DNA of 32,000 nucleotides, taken from the NCBI RefSeq assembly GCF_000341395.1, contig NC_020304.1:2790001-2822000 (forward strand), written 5' to 3'. Positions 1 through 9,035 of the stretch are shown here, piece after piece. The position numbers and the translations under genes were made by a program. Numbering within the stretch: the first letter of the stretch is position 1; every line of letters begins with the position of its first letter. This stretch comes from Desulfocapsa sulfexigens DSM 10523. Lineage in GTDB: Bacteria; Desulfobacterota; Desulfobulbia; Desulfobulbales; Desulfocapsaceae. The notes below the pieces were generated by a model. The model worked only from the letters and a program-made list of their open reading frames with translations, had not been told where the DNA came from and ran no database searches.

Positions 1-1
1 T

Positions 2-472
2 TTACTCGATAGTATTACTCGTCTGGCCAGAGCCTATAATACCGTTACACCCTCCAGTGGTAAAATCCTCTCAGGTGGTGTTGAAGCCAACGCCCTGCAT
101 CGTCCGAAACGTTTTTTTGGTGCTGCCAGAAATATTGAAGAGGGAGGCAGTTTAACCATTATAGCCTCAGCTCTTATTGATACAGGTAGTCGTATGGATG
201 AGGTTATCTTCGAAGAGTTCAAGGGAACTGGTAATATGGAAGTTGTCCTTGATAGAAAGATGTCAGACCGACGAGTGTATCCCGCCATTGATGTGAAAAA
301 ATCCGGAACCCGAAAGGAAGATCTGCTTCTCGAGCCTGTTCTTTTAAATCGTGTCTGGATATTGAGGAAGCTGCTGGCTTCCATGAATCCTGCCAGTGGA
401 ATGGAGTTTATTATTGATAAATTGAAGCAGCATGAGACAAACGCGGAATTTATTGATTCCATGAACAGCTGA
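2..472 (+). CDS. rho: transcription termination factor Rho, C-terminal part (5' end lies outside the window)
   Basis: Translation from nt 2 is open and reads [109 protein letters not shown]..., the conserved Rho ATPase C-terminal region. Stop is TGA at 470-472. The ORF track shows only the part after the internal Met at 194. Confidence 0.93.
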   Translation, partial: LLDSITRLARAYNTVTPSSGKILSGGVEANALHRPKRFFGAARNIEEGGSLTIIASALIDTGSRMDEVIFEEFKGTGNMEVVLDRKMSDRRVYPAIDVKKSGTRKEDLLLEPVLLNRVWILRKLLASMNPASGMEFIIDKLKQHETNAEFIDSMNS

Positions 473-495
473 TTGTAACCGCTGTTTCTTTTTTT
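464..495 (+). terminator. putative intrinsic terminator downstream of rho
   Basis: Inverted repeat AACAGC (464-469) / GCTGTT (481-486) with an 11-nt loop, followed directly by TCTTTTTTT (487-495). The stem overlaps the rho stop codon. Confidence 0.45.
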
Positions 496-518
496 ATTGT
501 ACTAATAGATGTTTTTGG

Positions 519-547
519 TTGAAATTCTTATCTGGTTTTATTATTCT
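519..547 (+). promoter_or_regulatory. candidate sigma-70 promoter for rpmE
   Basis: TTGAAA (519-524), 17-nt spacer, TATTCT (542-547), about 70 nt upstream of the rpmE ATG. The region is AT-rich, so a chance match is quite possible. Confidence 0.25.
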
Positions 548-615
548 TTTACTCTTTTGAGATAAAAAACAAACGTGTGCCGAAAGGTCACTCCTCTTTT
601 TAAGGAACATTAATT

Positions 616-831
616 ATGAAAAGCGACATACATCCTGAATACCACAAAGTTACTGCCGTTTGTGGTTGTGGCAATACGGTTGAGCTGGGTTCTGTAAATG
701 AAGAGATGGTTGTGGAAATCTGTTCTGCCTGCCATCCATTTTTCACTGGAAAGCAAAAACTGATTGATACCGCCGGACGGATTGAGAAATTCAAGAAACG
801 CTACGCCAAGCATTACGAAACAAAGAAATAG
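616..831 (+). CDS. rpmE: 50S ribosomal protein L31 (zinc-binding type A)
   Basis: 71 aa: [27 protein letters not shown]...[13 protein letters not shown]...[10 protein letters not shown] is a canonical L31 sequence with CxC...CxxC cysteines. AAGGAA Shine-Dalgarno at 602-607. Confidence 0.95.
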   Translation: MKSDIHPEYHKVTAVCGCGNTVELGSVNEEMVVEICSACHPFFTGKQKLIDTAGRIEKFKKRYAKHYETKK

Positions 832-958
832 AGACAACAGTTTGCTAGCTAGTGCTTTCGATTGTTTGTGTTGCATAGCCTGCTGGCTGGAGCATCACAA
901 TCATACTCACGCTTAACAAGCACTTCTAACACTCACATTCCATTTCTGTTTTATGTTG

Positions 959-1000
959 ATCCACAGTCTGTATAGCAGGTTGTGGATTTTCTGTTTTTAT
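959..1000 (+). terminator. weak hairpin plus T-tract, possible rpmE terminator
   Basis: ATCCACA (959-965) / TGTGGAT (981-987), 15-nt loop, then TTTTCTGTTTTT. The stem is short and the loop long, so this is tentative. Confidence 0.3.
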
Positions 1001-1029
1001 TCAAATGTATTATTCCCAGGTATTCTTTC

Positions 1030-2100
1030 ATGATAGATAAACTTACTGACCTTGACGAAAAAATATCTCACCTCGAAGGAAGGCTTTCGGATCCGTCACT
1101 GATTTCTGACCAGAAAGCATACCAGAGAGTTGCGCAGGAACATTCTCATCTGACCAAACTCCAATCCTTATATGGCAAGCTCGACTTGGTTCTTGCTGAT
1201 ATAGCTGACAATCGAGAGCTTATTCAAGAGGGAGATGAAGATCCTGAATTACTCGAGCTTGCACGCGAAGAGATGGAAGAGCTTCTCGAAAAGGAAAAAA
1301 GCCTTGAGCAGGCAATCCTCATTTTGCTTTTACCAAAAGATCCAAATGATGAACGCAACACCTTTCTAGAGATTCGTGCAGGGACCGGTGGGGATGAAGC
1401 CGCACTTTTTGTCGGCGATCTCTTTCGTATGTATTCCCGTTACGCTGAATCCATGGGATGGAAGGTTGAGATTATGAGTTCTAGTCCTCTCGGGATAGGC
1501 GGCTTTAAGGAAATAATTGCGCTTATCAGTGGAGATGCTGTTTTTTCAAGACTCAAGTATGAGAGTGGGGTGCATCGTGTTCAGCGTGTCCCCGAAACAG
1601 AAACCCAGGGGCGTATTCATACCTCGGCTGTCACCGTTGCAATCCTGCCCGAAGCTGATGAGGTGGAACTCAATATTAATCCAAGCGAATTGAAATTTGA
1701 TGTTTACCGTGCTTCAGGTCCCGGTGGCCAGTCTGTTAATACCACTGATTCCGCTGTTCGTATTACTCATTTGCCCACAGGACTAGTGGTAACCTGTCAG
1801 GATGAGAAGTCGCAGCATAAGAACAAGGCCAAAGCTCTTACCGTTCTTCGGGCACGTCTTCTTGATAAGATGGAACAGGAGCACCATGATAAAATATCCG
1901 AATCAAGGCGGAGCCAGGTTGGAACAGGTGACCGAAGTGAACGTATTCGAACCTACAATTTCCCGCAGGGGAGAATGACCGACCATCGAATCAATCTGAC
2001 CCTCTATAAACTTGATTCCATTATCGCCGGTAAGCTGGACGATGTTCTTAGGCCACTTATCACACATGATCAGGAAGAAAAACTGAAATTGATTCAATAG
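1030..2100 (+). CDS. prfA: peptide chain release factor 1
   Basis: RF1 hallmarks are present: [12 protein letters not shown] (PxT-type codon-recognition region), the GGQ motif in [26 protein letters not shown], and [11 protein letters not shown]. Start is placed at ATG 1030 ([11 protein letters not shown]...). The track ORF starts at GTG 982, but that extension overlaps the hairpin/T-tract upstream and is non-homologous looking. Confidence 0.95.
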   Translation: MIDKLTDLDEKISHLEGRLSDPSLISDQKAYQRVAQEHSHLTKLQSLYGKLDLVLADIADNRELIQEGDEDPELLELAREEMEELLEKEKSLEQAILILLLPKDPNDERNTFLEIRAGTGGDEAALFVGDLFRMYSRYAESMGWKVEIMSSSPLGIGGFKEIIALISGDAVFSRLKYESGVHRVQRVPETETQGRIHTSAVTVAILPEADEVELNINPSELKFDVYRASGPGGQSVNTTDSAVRITHLPTGLVVTCQDEKSQHKNKAKALTVLRARLLDKMEQEHHDKISESRRSQVGTGDRSERIRTYNFPQGRMTDHRINLTLYKLDSIIAGKLDDVLRPLITHDQEEKLKLIQ

Positions 2101-2170
2101 GCCGCGTTCACTATCCGGTATCTCCGGGATTTTGGCCGTACAAGTGAAATATCAGGCTTAAGGGCGATTT

Positions 2171-3046
2171 GTGCAGATTCGTGAAATTCTTAAGAGTGCC
2201 TCTGCAGCACTTGTCAGATCTGGGGTTGATACTCCTGAGCTTGATTCTGCTTTGCTCCTTGGCCATTGTCTCGGAAAATCTCGTACAGAGTTATATCTGA
2301 TGGCTTCAGAAGAGCTTGACTCTGAAATAGAAAGAAAATTCCTCAAACTGCTGCAGCGTCGCCAACAAAGAGAACCTCTTGCCTATATTCTTTGCGTTCA
2401 GGAATTCTGGTCTCTCGATTTTCATGTTACCCCCGATGTCTTGATTCCCCGTCCGGAGACGGAATTGCTAGTTGAGCGCGGTATTGCTCTCTGGAAGGAT
2501 GGGGGGCAATCCAGAGGCGCTATTCTTGATCTTTGTACCGGGAGTGGCATCATCGCAGTTGTCCTCGCTAAAGAGCTGGATCGACCTGTGATTGCAGTTG
2601 ATGTTTCCATGAGAGCTCTTCAGGTGGCCAGGAAAAATGCCGAACTCCACGGAGTTTCCCATCTTGTTTCCTTTGTCCAGAGTGATCTTCTCACCGCTTT
2701 TTCTTCCAGACCTTATTTTTCTCTTGTTCTCTCAAATCCACCATATGTGAGTATTCAGGATTTGCAGGATGGCCTGCAGGCCGAAGTCGACCAATATGAA
2801 CCACATCTTGCCCTGGATGGCGGCGATCGTGGACTTGAGATTATTAGGCGTATTCAACAGCAACTTATCCCGCAACTTCTACCAGGGGCAAATTTACTGA
2901 TGGAAATAGGTGCAGATCAGGGAACTGACTTGTTATCTATATTTTCACCAGAATCAGCAGGATCGGAAATTTTTGAGGAAGTTCGGGTAGAGAAGGATTA
3001 CAGTAATCATGATCGAATCTTTCATGGGAAAGTGAAAACCAGCTAA
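2171..3046 (+). CDS. prmC: release factor glutamine N5-methyltransferase (HemK/PrmC)
   Basis: Sits immediately downstream of prfA. Contains the SAM-binding ILDLCTGSGIIAV motif and the catalytic NPPY motif (LSNPPYV), with REPLAYILCVQEFW typical of HemK. GTG start is preceded by AAGGG. Confidence 0.9.
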   Translation: MQIREILKSASAALVRSGVDTPELDSALLLGHCLGKSRTELYLMASEELDSEIERKFLKLLQRRQQREPLAYILCVQEFWSLDFHVTPDVLIPRPETELLVERGIALWKDGGQSRGAILDLCTGSGIIAVVLAKELDRPVIAVDVSMRALQVARKNAELHGVSHLVSFVQSDLLTAFSSRPYFSLVLSNPPYVSIQDLQDGLQAEVDQYEPHLALDGGDRGLEIIRRIQQQLIPQLLPGANLLMEIGADQGTDLLSIFSPESAGSEIFEEVRVEKDYSNHDRIFHGKVKTS

Positions 3047-3094
3047 CAGACAACTGTTATAAAACTGCTATACAACTGTTCAGGTGATTTGGAG

Positions 3095-4363
3095 ATGGAA
3101 AAATTAGTTATTGAAGGTGGTAACCTTCTGCACGGTGAAGTGAGGATCAGCGGAGCCAAGAATGCAGCCCTGCCGCTGATAGCCGCAAGTCTATTGGCAC
3201 CCGGTATCCATGTCCTCCATAATGTCCCTGATCTTCGAGACACCAGGACCATTCTTCGTCTTCTTGAATCTCTTGGCCTGAGCTGGGAGCGTGAAGGTTC
3301 AACTCTCAGGATAGACGGTAGCGGTTTGCGTTACTCCGAAGCCTCCTATGAACTTGTTAAAACCATGAGAGCGTCCGTTCTTGTACTTGGACCTCTGCTG
3401 GCAAGGCTTGGGCGAGCGAAGGTGTCACTTCCAGGAGGCTGTGCCATAGGGGCACGCCCTATTAATTTTCATCTTATGGGCTTTGAACAGCTCGGGGTCA
3501 CCTGTGATCTTGCTCATGGCTATGTCGATGCTCATATTGAAGGAAGAATGCAGGGGGGAACAGTTTACTTTGATATCCCTTCGGTTACCGGTACCGAAAA
3601 TCTGCTTATGGCTGCAGCGCTTGCAAAGGGGACCACGGTTATAAAAAATGCCGCACGGGAACCTGAGATAGGTAACCTTGTTAATATGCTAAATGCCATG
3701 GGAGCTGATATTGAAGGGCGTGACAGTGAACGGTTGACAATCCACGGTGTAGAAAATCTCACAGCAGCAGAAAGTACTATCATTCCCGATAGAATCGAGG
3801 CTGGAACCTATGCCATAGCAATAGCTGCAGCTGGTGGAGATGCTGTCATTAGCAACTGCAATCCTGGTCATTTGCCATCCCTCGTAGAAAAGCTGCGAAG
3901 CGCAGGTGTAGAAGTGGAGGTCGGTGATGATTTTCTTCACGTAGCATCCGACAGAGCACGTACTATTCGGCCGGTCAATATCACCACCATGCCATATCCC
4001 GGATATCCCACTGATCTTCAGGCACAATTCATGGCTCTTATGGCTGGCTGCAAAGGTCTGAGTGTGATCCATGAAACCATTTTTGAAAACAGATTTATGC
4101 ATGTTGCCGAGTTGAAACGTATGGGAGCCGACATCCAGATTGATGGTAGGGTCGCCATGGTTAAAGGCCTGGGAGACGTTCCATTGACTGGAGCGCAGGT
4201 TATGGCCACGGATCTCCGAGCCAGTTCGTCACTGGTCATCGCCGGCCTTGCGGCTGAAGGCCGGACAGAAATATCGAGAATTTACCACCTCGAACGCGGC
4301 TATGAGGATCTTGTCGGTAAGCTCACGGCCGTTGGGGCCAGGGTTTGGAAGGAAGATGAATGA
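3095..4363 (+). CDS. murA: UDP-N-acetylglucosamine 1-carboxyvinyltransferase
   Basis: [35 protein letters not shown]... closely parallels the MurA N-terminus. The active-site loop [13 protein letters not shown] is present. ATG 3095 has AGGTGA 7 nt upstream; the track ORF starts 6 nt earlier at TTG. Confidence 0.95.
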   Translation: MEKLVIEGGNLLHGEVRISGAKNAALPLIAASLLAPGIHVLHNVPDLRDTRTILRLLESLGLSWEREGSTLRIDGSGLRYSEASYELVKTMRASVLVLGPLLARLGRAKVSLPGGCAIGARPINFHLMGFEQLGVTCDLAHGYVDAHIEGRMQGGTVYFDIPSVTGTENLLMAAALAKGTTVIKNAAREPEIGNLVNMLNAMGADIEGRDSERLTIHGVENLTAAESTIIPDRIEAGTYAIAIAAAGGDAVISNCNPGHLPSLVEKLRSAGVEVEVGDDFLHVASDRARTIRPVNITTMPYPGYPTDLQAQFMALMAGCKGLSVIHETIFENRFMHVAELKRMGADIQIDGRVAMVKGLGDVPLTGAQVMATDLRASSSLVIAGLAAEGRTEISRIYHLERGYEDLVGKLTAVGARVWKEDE

Positions 4364-4384
4364 TTGATTGCAGCAGTTGAAGGA

Positions 4385-6100
4385 CTACGGAAGCGGAAAG
4401 TTGACTGTGAACTTTGCTCCGCCTAGAGAAGATTTGCCAACCTCTATGCTTCCATTATGTTCTGTCATCATCTGTTTAACGATCGCAAGTCCCAGGCCAG
4501 TGCCATCAACTCGTCTGGTATAGAAAGGTTCGAATATTTTTTCCTCTTTACCGGGGGTGATACCAGGCCCATTGTCTTCCACTGTTATCTGAATAGTATC
4601 AGCTCCGTCTTCTCCCTTAATTTCCACGGCCTTTATTCGTATTTTTTCATCTCCAAGAGGTGTGAACGCCAAGGCGTTCTGAAGGAGATGATTCAGGATT
4701 GTGAAAAGCTGATACTGGTCGGCCCAGATATCGACGACGCTATCGATATCAATGTCCAGCACGCATTTCTCGGGCCAGGAAGCTGCCATTCTCGCAACCT
4801 CAAGGACTTCATTGAGGCAGCGTTTCAACGAGAACCAATCGTTTTCGGCATTCTCAGGACGTGCAAATTTAAGAAAATCGGAGACCGTATTTGAAAGACG
4901 ATTCGATTCTCTCAGGATAATAGTGATTAACTCTGTATTTGTTTCCTGTTGCGAGGATTGCATCTGGCTCAACTCATTAGCAAGTACCTGGGCGGATCCG
5001 GAAATGGCAGTGAGTGGATTCCTGAAATCATGGGCAATTCCGGCACTCATTCTTCCTATGGCAGCAAGCTTTTCAGCCTGTTGCATCTGTTTTTCCAATC
5101 GTTCCACTTCACTGATGTCCTGAATGGTGATAACCCTGCAATTTGCACAGAAATCATCAGTGTCTTTGTAATTTTTAGCCGGCTGATTGTACTGCAATTT
5201 AGCATACGAGTAGCCGATTCGGGTAGGCTCGCCGTCTTTTCTTTGTAATTCAGCAGAATGCCGTGAGCCCTGATCTGTAAAACTGACATTGGGGAAGATG
5301 CTATGGAAATCCTCGTCGAGTAACTCATCAACAGAATAACCGGTAATCTGGGCAGCGGCATTATTAACTGAGGTGATTCTATTCCGGTCATCTGTTGTAA
5401 CAATACCTGTGCTGATATCATCAAATATCTGTTTGTACAAAAGACTGAGCCTGCCAAAATCACGGACGGAATCAGATAGGGCATCCTCTGTTCTACGCAG
5501 GCGTCCGGCGAAAAGACTGCTCAGGATAGCTGCTAGAAAGAATGTCAGTCCGTAAACGGCAAAAAGATTTAGCGTTGCCAGTATATCTCGTGCATTGTCG
5601 TATAAGGGAACTCTGAGGAAATCCGGAAAGATTTTATAGTATTCCAGTATCAGTACAACGGCGAATTGCAGAGTTGTCGCCCCTGCAGCGATGAGTCCTC
5701 CGAGGCGGGGTAGTATCAGGCCACCGGCTATAATCGGAAAGAAAAAAATTGGTGAGAATATCGATTGTGAGGCACCGGTGTAATAGACCAGAGACGAAAT
5801 AAAAAAGGTGTCGAGGAGGATCTGTTCAAGACCAAACCGTCTTGGATCACGATTTGCCTTAAGGAGAAACAGACCGGATCCTATGGATGTTGCGTAAACA
5901 AGAATGATAAAGAAAAACAAATGGGCTGGGGGAAGGACAATTACATTAAATTGTCCAGACTGCAGGTATGCACTTATCCCAAGGATAAGGGTGTAGAGGA
6001 CAACTCGAAGAAAAAGCATCCAGAGCAACTGGTTTATAAGTAACCTGTGGATCGTTTTTCTATGTGAAACAGGTTTTCCTTCAGGTGGTAATAAGGTCAT
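4385..6100 (-). CDS. sensor histidine kinase (multi-TM N-terminus, PAS, HisKA, HATPase_c), PilS-like architecture
   Basis: The N-terminal ~200 aa is hydrophobic (about 6 TM helices). It is followed by a PAS-like segment (GIVTTDDRNRITSVNNAAAQITGY), the H-box AAIGRMSAGIAHDFRNPLTAI, and N/G boxes (LLQNAL..., VEDNGPGI, GTGLGLAIV). The ATG lies 7 nt after the stop of the upstream response regulator. Confidence 0.88.
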   Translation of the reverse strand: MTLLPPEGKPVSHRKTIHRLLINQLLWMLFLRVVLYTLILGISAYLQSGQFNVIVLPPAHLFFFIILVYATSIGSGLFLLKANRDPRRFGLEQILLDTFFISSLVYYTGASQSIFSPIFFFPIIAGGLILPRLGGLIAAGATTLQFAVVLILEYYKIFPDFLRVPLYDNARDILATLNLFAVYGLTFFLAAILSSLFAGRLRRTEDALSDSVRDFGRLSLLYKQIFDDISTGIVTTDDRNRITSVNNAAAQITGYSVDELLDEDFHSIFPNVSFTDQGSRHSAELQRKDGEPTRIGYSYAKLQYNQPAKNYKDTDDFCANCRVITIQDISEVERLEKQMQQAEKLAAIGRMSAGIAHDFRNPLTAISGSAQVLANELSQMQSSQQETNTELITIILRESNRLSNTVSDFLKFARPENAENDWFSLKRCLNEVLEVARMAASWPEKCVLDIDIDSVVDIWADQYQLFTILNHLLQNALAFTPLGDEKIRIKAVEIKGEDGADTIQITVEDNGPGITPGKEEKIFEPFYTRRVDGTGLGLAIVKQMMTEHNGSIEVGKSSLGGAKFTVNFPLP

Positions 6101-6107
6101 TTGCCGA

Positions 6108-7484
6108 TTACTCTATATCATACTTTTTGACTTTGTAGCGGAGCGACCTGAAACTGATGCGAAGAAGCTCAGCTGCCCGCATTTTTGAATTACCGCTTTT
6201 TTCGAGGGCAGCCATGAGAAATCTTTTTTCAGTTTCAGCCATTACCTCTTCAAGGCCTCGGCTGAAAAGTTCTTCCTCATCAGATACCACCTGGAAGGGG
6301 GATGGTGCCTGGTTGTTGTCCTCACTTTCTAAAAATCGAAAAGTGGAAAGAGTCAAGCTTTCCGGAAGGATAATGTTTGATGTTTCGAGTGCCACACCAC
6401 GTTCAATGATATTTTCAAGTTCCCGGACATTGCCAGGGAAATCATATTTCATTAAAACTTCCATCGCGTAGGATGACATTTCCTGGACCTCTTTATCAAA
6501 CAACTTTGAGTATTTCTTCAGAAAAAAATCAACGAGAAGCGGAACATCTCCTTTTCGTTCGCGAAGGGGAGGGACTCTGAGCGGGACAACAGCTAGTCTG
6601 TAGAAAAGGTCCTCTCTGAAGCGTCCGGCCATAATCTCTTCTTCGAGAATTCTGTTGGTTGCTGCAATGATCCGGACATTGACATTCTGGATCTCAACAC
6701 TACCAACCGGTTTGACTTGACGCTCCTGTAAAACCCGCAATAACTTTGTCTGAATGATCGGCGTGAGTTCCCCTATCTCATCTAGAAATGCTGTTCCATT
6801 GTTGGCAAGCTGAAACAAGCCTTTTTTGTCGCCGATGGCACCGGTGAAGGATCCCTTCACATGACCAAAGAGCTCACTTTCCATCAGCTCTTCCGGAATG
6901 GCACTGCAAGTAATGGGAACAAATGCGTGTTCTGCGACCTTTGAATGGCGATGAATTGCCTGGGCGACAAGTTCTTTGCCTGTGCCAGATTCGCCATAGA
7001 TAAGAACATTTGCAGGGGTAATGGCAATACGCTGGATCATTTCAAAAATCTTGACCATTTCGCGACTTTCACCAATTATTTCAGGAAACGCTGCAGAAAT
7101 GGATTTTGCCTCGGCGCTCCGTTTCCCCTTGGAAGTAGCGGAACAGATAACGGATTTGATTTCATCAACATTAAAGGGTTTGCTGATATAATCAAAGGCC
7201 CCGTTCTTCATGGCAAAGACGGCATCATCCGGTGAGGCAAATGCTGTTATCATAACAACGGGAAGTGTTGGGTATTTCTCTTTGACAGCATTCAGGAGTT
7301 CAAGGCCACTCATGCCGTCCATGCGGATGTCGGTGATAACCAGGTCGAATGTCTTTTCTTCGAAATATTCCAGTGCCTGGCGACCACCGGGCGCGGTTTC
7401 AACCTCATAACCCTCTTTCTTAAGAAGGATTTTAAGGAAGTCACGCATGCTGCGTTCATCATCAACGACGAGGATCGAGGTCAT
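6108..7484 (-). CDS. sigma-54-dependent response regulator (NtrC family: REC, AAA+, Fis-type HTH)
   Basis: Receiver domain (ILVVDDERSMRDFL...DLVITDIRMDGMSG), Walker A GESGTGKE, the GAFTGA-type loop GSFTGA, ESELFGH, and a C-terminal HTH (AAELLRISFRSLRYKVKKY). Start is placed at ATG 7484 (MTSILVVDD). The track's TTG at 7592 adds 36 non-homologous residues and would overlap the upstream gene. Confidence 0.9.
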   Translation of the reverse strand: MTSILVVDDERSMRDFLKILLKKEGYEVETAPGGRQALEYFEEKTFDLVITDIRMDGMSGLELLNAVKEKYPTLPVVMITAFASPDDAVFAMKNGAFDYISKPFNVDEIKSVICSATSKGKRSAEAKSISAAFPEIIGESREMVKIFEMIQRIAITPANVLIYGESGTGKELVAQAIHRHSKVAEHAFVPITCSAIPEELMESELFGHVKGSFTGAIGDKKGLFQLANNGTAFLDEIGELTPIIQTKLLRVLQERQVKPVGSVEIQNVNVRIIAATNRILEEEIMAGRFREDLFYRLAVVPLRVPPLRERKGDVPLLVDFFLKKYSKLFDKEVQEMSSYAMEVLMKYDFPGNVRELENIIERGVALETSNIILPESLTLSTFRFLESEDNNQAPSPFQVVSDEEELFSRGLEEVMAETEKRFLMAALEKSGNSKMRAAELLRISFRSLRYKVKKYDIE

Positions 7485-7572
7485 GGTTTCGTTTGTGGAG
7501 GGTGAAAAAGCTTTACTTGTTTTCTGTTGTGATAGATTCAATCTACTGCATTCATCAGAACTTATCCAATCC

Positions 7573-7851
7573 TTAAATTTTTGAAAATTCAAAATCCCTG
7601 ATGAGCGCCTCTTTGTCTGTCCTGTTGAGACGTTTGATTGCGTACTCTCGGGAGGAGGCTAAGGATCGTGAGTCCTGTTGTTCAATATAGACAAGATAAA
7701 CGGGTCTACGGCCACGAGTGTACTTTGCACCTTTGGTGGAATGATTGTGTTCCAGGAGTCGTTGATCCGGATTGGTTGTTATTCCGGTATAGAGTGAGTT
7801 GTCTTTGCATCGAAGAATATATACAAACCAGGGAAAAGAATTTTCAGGCAC
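7573..7851 (-). CDS. GIY-YIG nuclease superfamily small protein (UPF0213-like)
   Basis: 92 aa: FVYILRCKDNSLYTGITTNPDQRLLEHN...GAKYTRGRRPVYLVYIE...AIKRL is the classic stand-alone GIY-YIG pattern. GTG start has GGAG 6 nt upstream. Confidence 0.8.
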   Translation of the reverse strand: MPENSFPWFVYILRCKDNSLYTGITTNPDQRLLEHNHSTKGAKYTRGRRPVYLVYIEQQDSRSLASSREYAIKRLNRTDKEALIRDFEFSKI

Positions 7852-8058
7852 CTGTTACTCCATTCAAAAAGAGGACTCTCATTTATTTCACCCATATCTT
7901 CGGTCATCATGTTCCAGCCATAGCAGTTAGGGCAATCAGGATTACCATGAAAAAATACATGGTAAGCACACATCGTCATCCTCTATATACAACCGTATCA
8001 GAACCTGAGCAATGGGGGAAATTTTGTCCAGTTCCTTGTGCATTGTCTCGCTCTTCTC

Positions 8059-8087
8059 TTGTCAGAAAGTGGGATTTGCTGTATTAA
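8059..8087 (+). promoter_or_regulatory. candidate sigma-70 promoter for tatC
   Basis: TTGTCA (8059-8064), 17-nt spacer, TATTAA (8082-8087), about 35 nt upstream of the tatC ATG and its AAGGAGAG ribosome-binding site. Confidence 0.3.
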
Positions 8088-8122
8088 GAGCAGGGAAAAG
8101 CTATGATTTCAAGGAGAGTATA

Positions 8123-8955
8123 ATGAGTGAAAAGAGTGTTTCAGAAGAGACAAAGGCGATTGGAAGTGAACAGTCATTTGAGTCACAGGCTTTGACCGAT
8201 CATCTGCGTGAACTCCGTTCCTGCCTTATCAAATCACTCCTTGTGATTATTCTCGGTTTTGTCGCCTCCTATGCATTTATAAAACCTATCGGGACGTGGT
8301 TCTTCAAGCCTCTGATAGAGGTGCTTCCCGACAACAGTTCGCTGATTTTTACTTCGTATCAGGAAGGGTTTTTTTTTATCTAAAGCTCGCGCTTGTCTGT
8401 GGTCTGCTCCTCGCCAGTCCTGTGATTTTCTATCAAATATGGCGGTTTGTCGCTCCTGGTCTTTATAAACATGAAAAACGGGTAATTGTTCCCTTTACAT
8501 TTCTGTCCAGCGTCTGTTTTATTGGCGGCGCTGCTTTTGGCTATCTTGTCGTTTTCCCGCCAGCCTTTAAGTTTCTGGTTGGCTATTCCAATGAATATCT
8601 TACCTCGATGCCTGCGGTAAGTGAATATTTTTCACTTGCCCTACGCCTGCTAATTGCCTTTGGTGTCATTTTTGAGATGCCCATACTGATGGTGTTTCTT
8701 GCCAAGATGGGAATTGTGACGGTGCCCTTTCTCAACAAAAATCGTAAATATGCAATTCTCATTAACTTTATCATTGCTGCCATCCTCACCCCCACCCCTG
8801 ATGTTGTGAATCAGATGATGATGGGGATACCTCTGCTGATACTCTATGAAATCAGTGTGGTTGCTGTATACTTTTTTGGAAAGCAGACATTTATGGGGTT
8901 TCGTGAGTATGAGAGGGAAGCAACCGACACGGAGTTACTGGAAGACAAAGAATAA
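8123..8955 (+). pseudogene. tatC: Sec-independent (Tat) translocase subunit TatC, reading frame broken in a T9 homopolymer (true pseudogene or assembly error)
   Basis: ATG 8123 is preceded by AAGGAGAG. The N-terminal piece (...HLRELRSCLIKSLLVIILGF...LIFTSYQEGFFFI*) stops at 8381-8383. The TatC sequence continues in the -1 frame ([36 protein letters not shown]...TPTPDVVNQ...). The switch point is the T run at 8369-8377. One extra T would give ...[12 protein letters not shown]..., an uninterrupted TatC. Confidence 0.85.
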
Positions 8956-9035
8956 CATTTCTGTCACTTCTGGATTTTCCACCCCTGATACGGTATAAGG
9001 GTGGGTAATAAATATTTCTGAAGAACATTTGAACC

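Noticed and set aside
982-1029. N-terminal extension of prfA in the ORF track ([16 protein letters not shown])
   Set aside because: It has a GTG start, is hydrophobic and non-homologous, and overlaps the hairpin/T-tract at 959-1000. RF1 homology begins at ATG 1030.
1030-2100. Programmed +1 frameshift as in release-factor genes
   Set aside because: That mechanism applies to prfB (RF2). This gene is RF1 and reads as a single uninterrupted frame.
2115-2135. Possible terminator hairpin CCGG-tatct-CCGG plus TTT after prfA
   Set aside because: The stem is only 4 bp. prfA-prmC are normally co-transcribed and the gap is just 70 nt.
7485-7592. 36-aa N-terminal extension of the sigma-54 response regulator from a TTG start
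   Set aside because: Receiver domains start close to the ILVVDD strand. The extension would overlap the 3' end of the GIY-YIG gene, so ATG 7484 is preferred.
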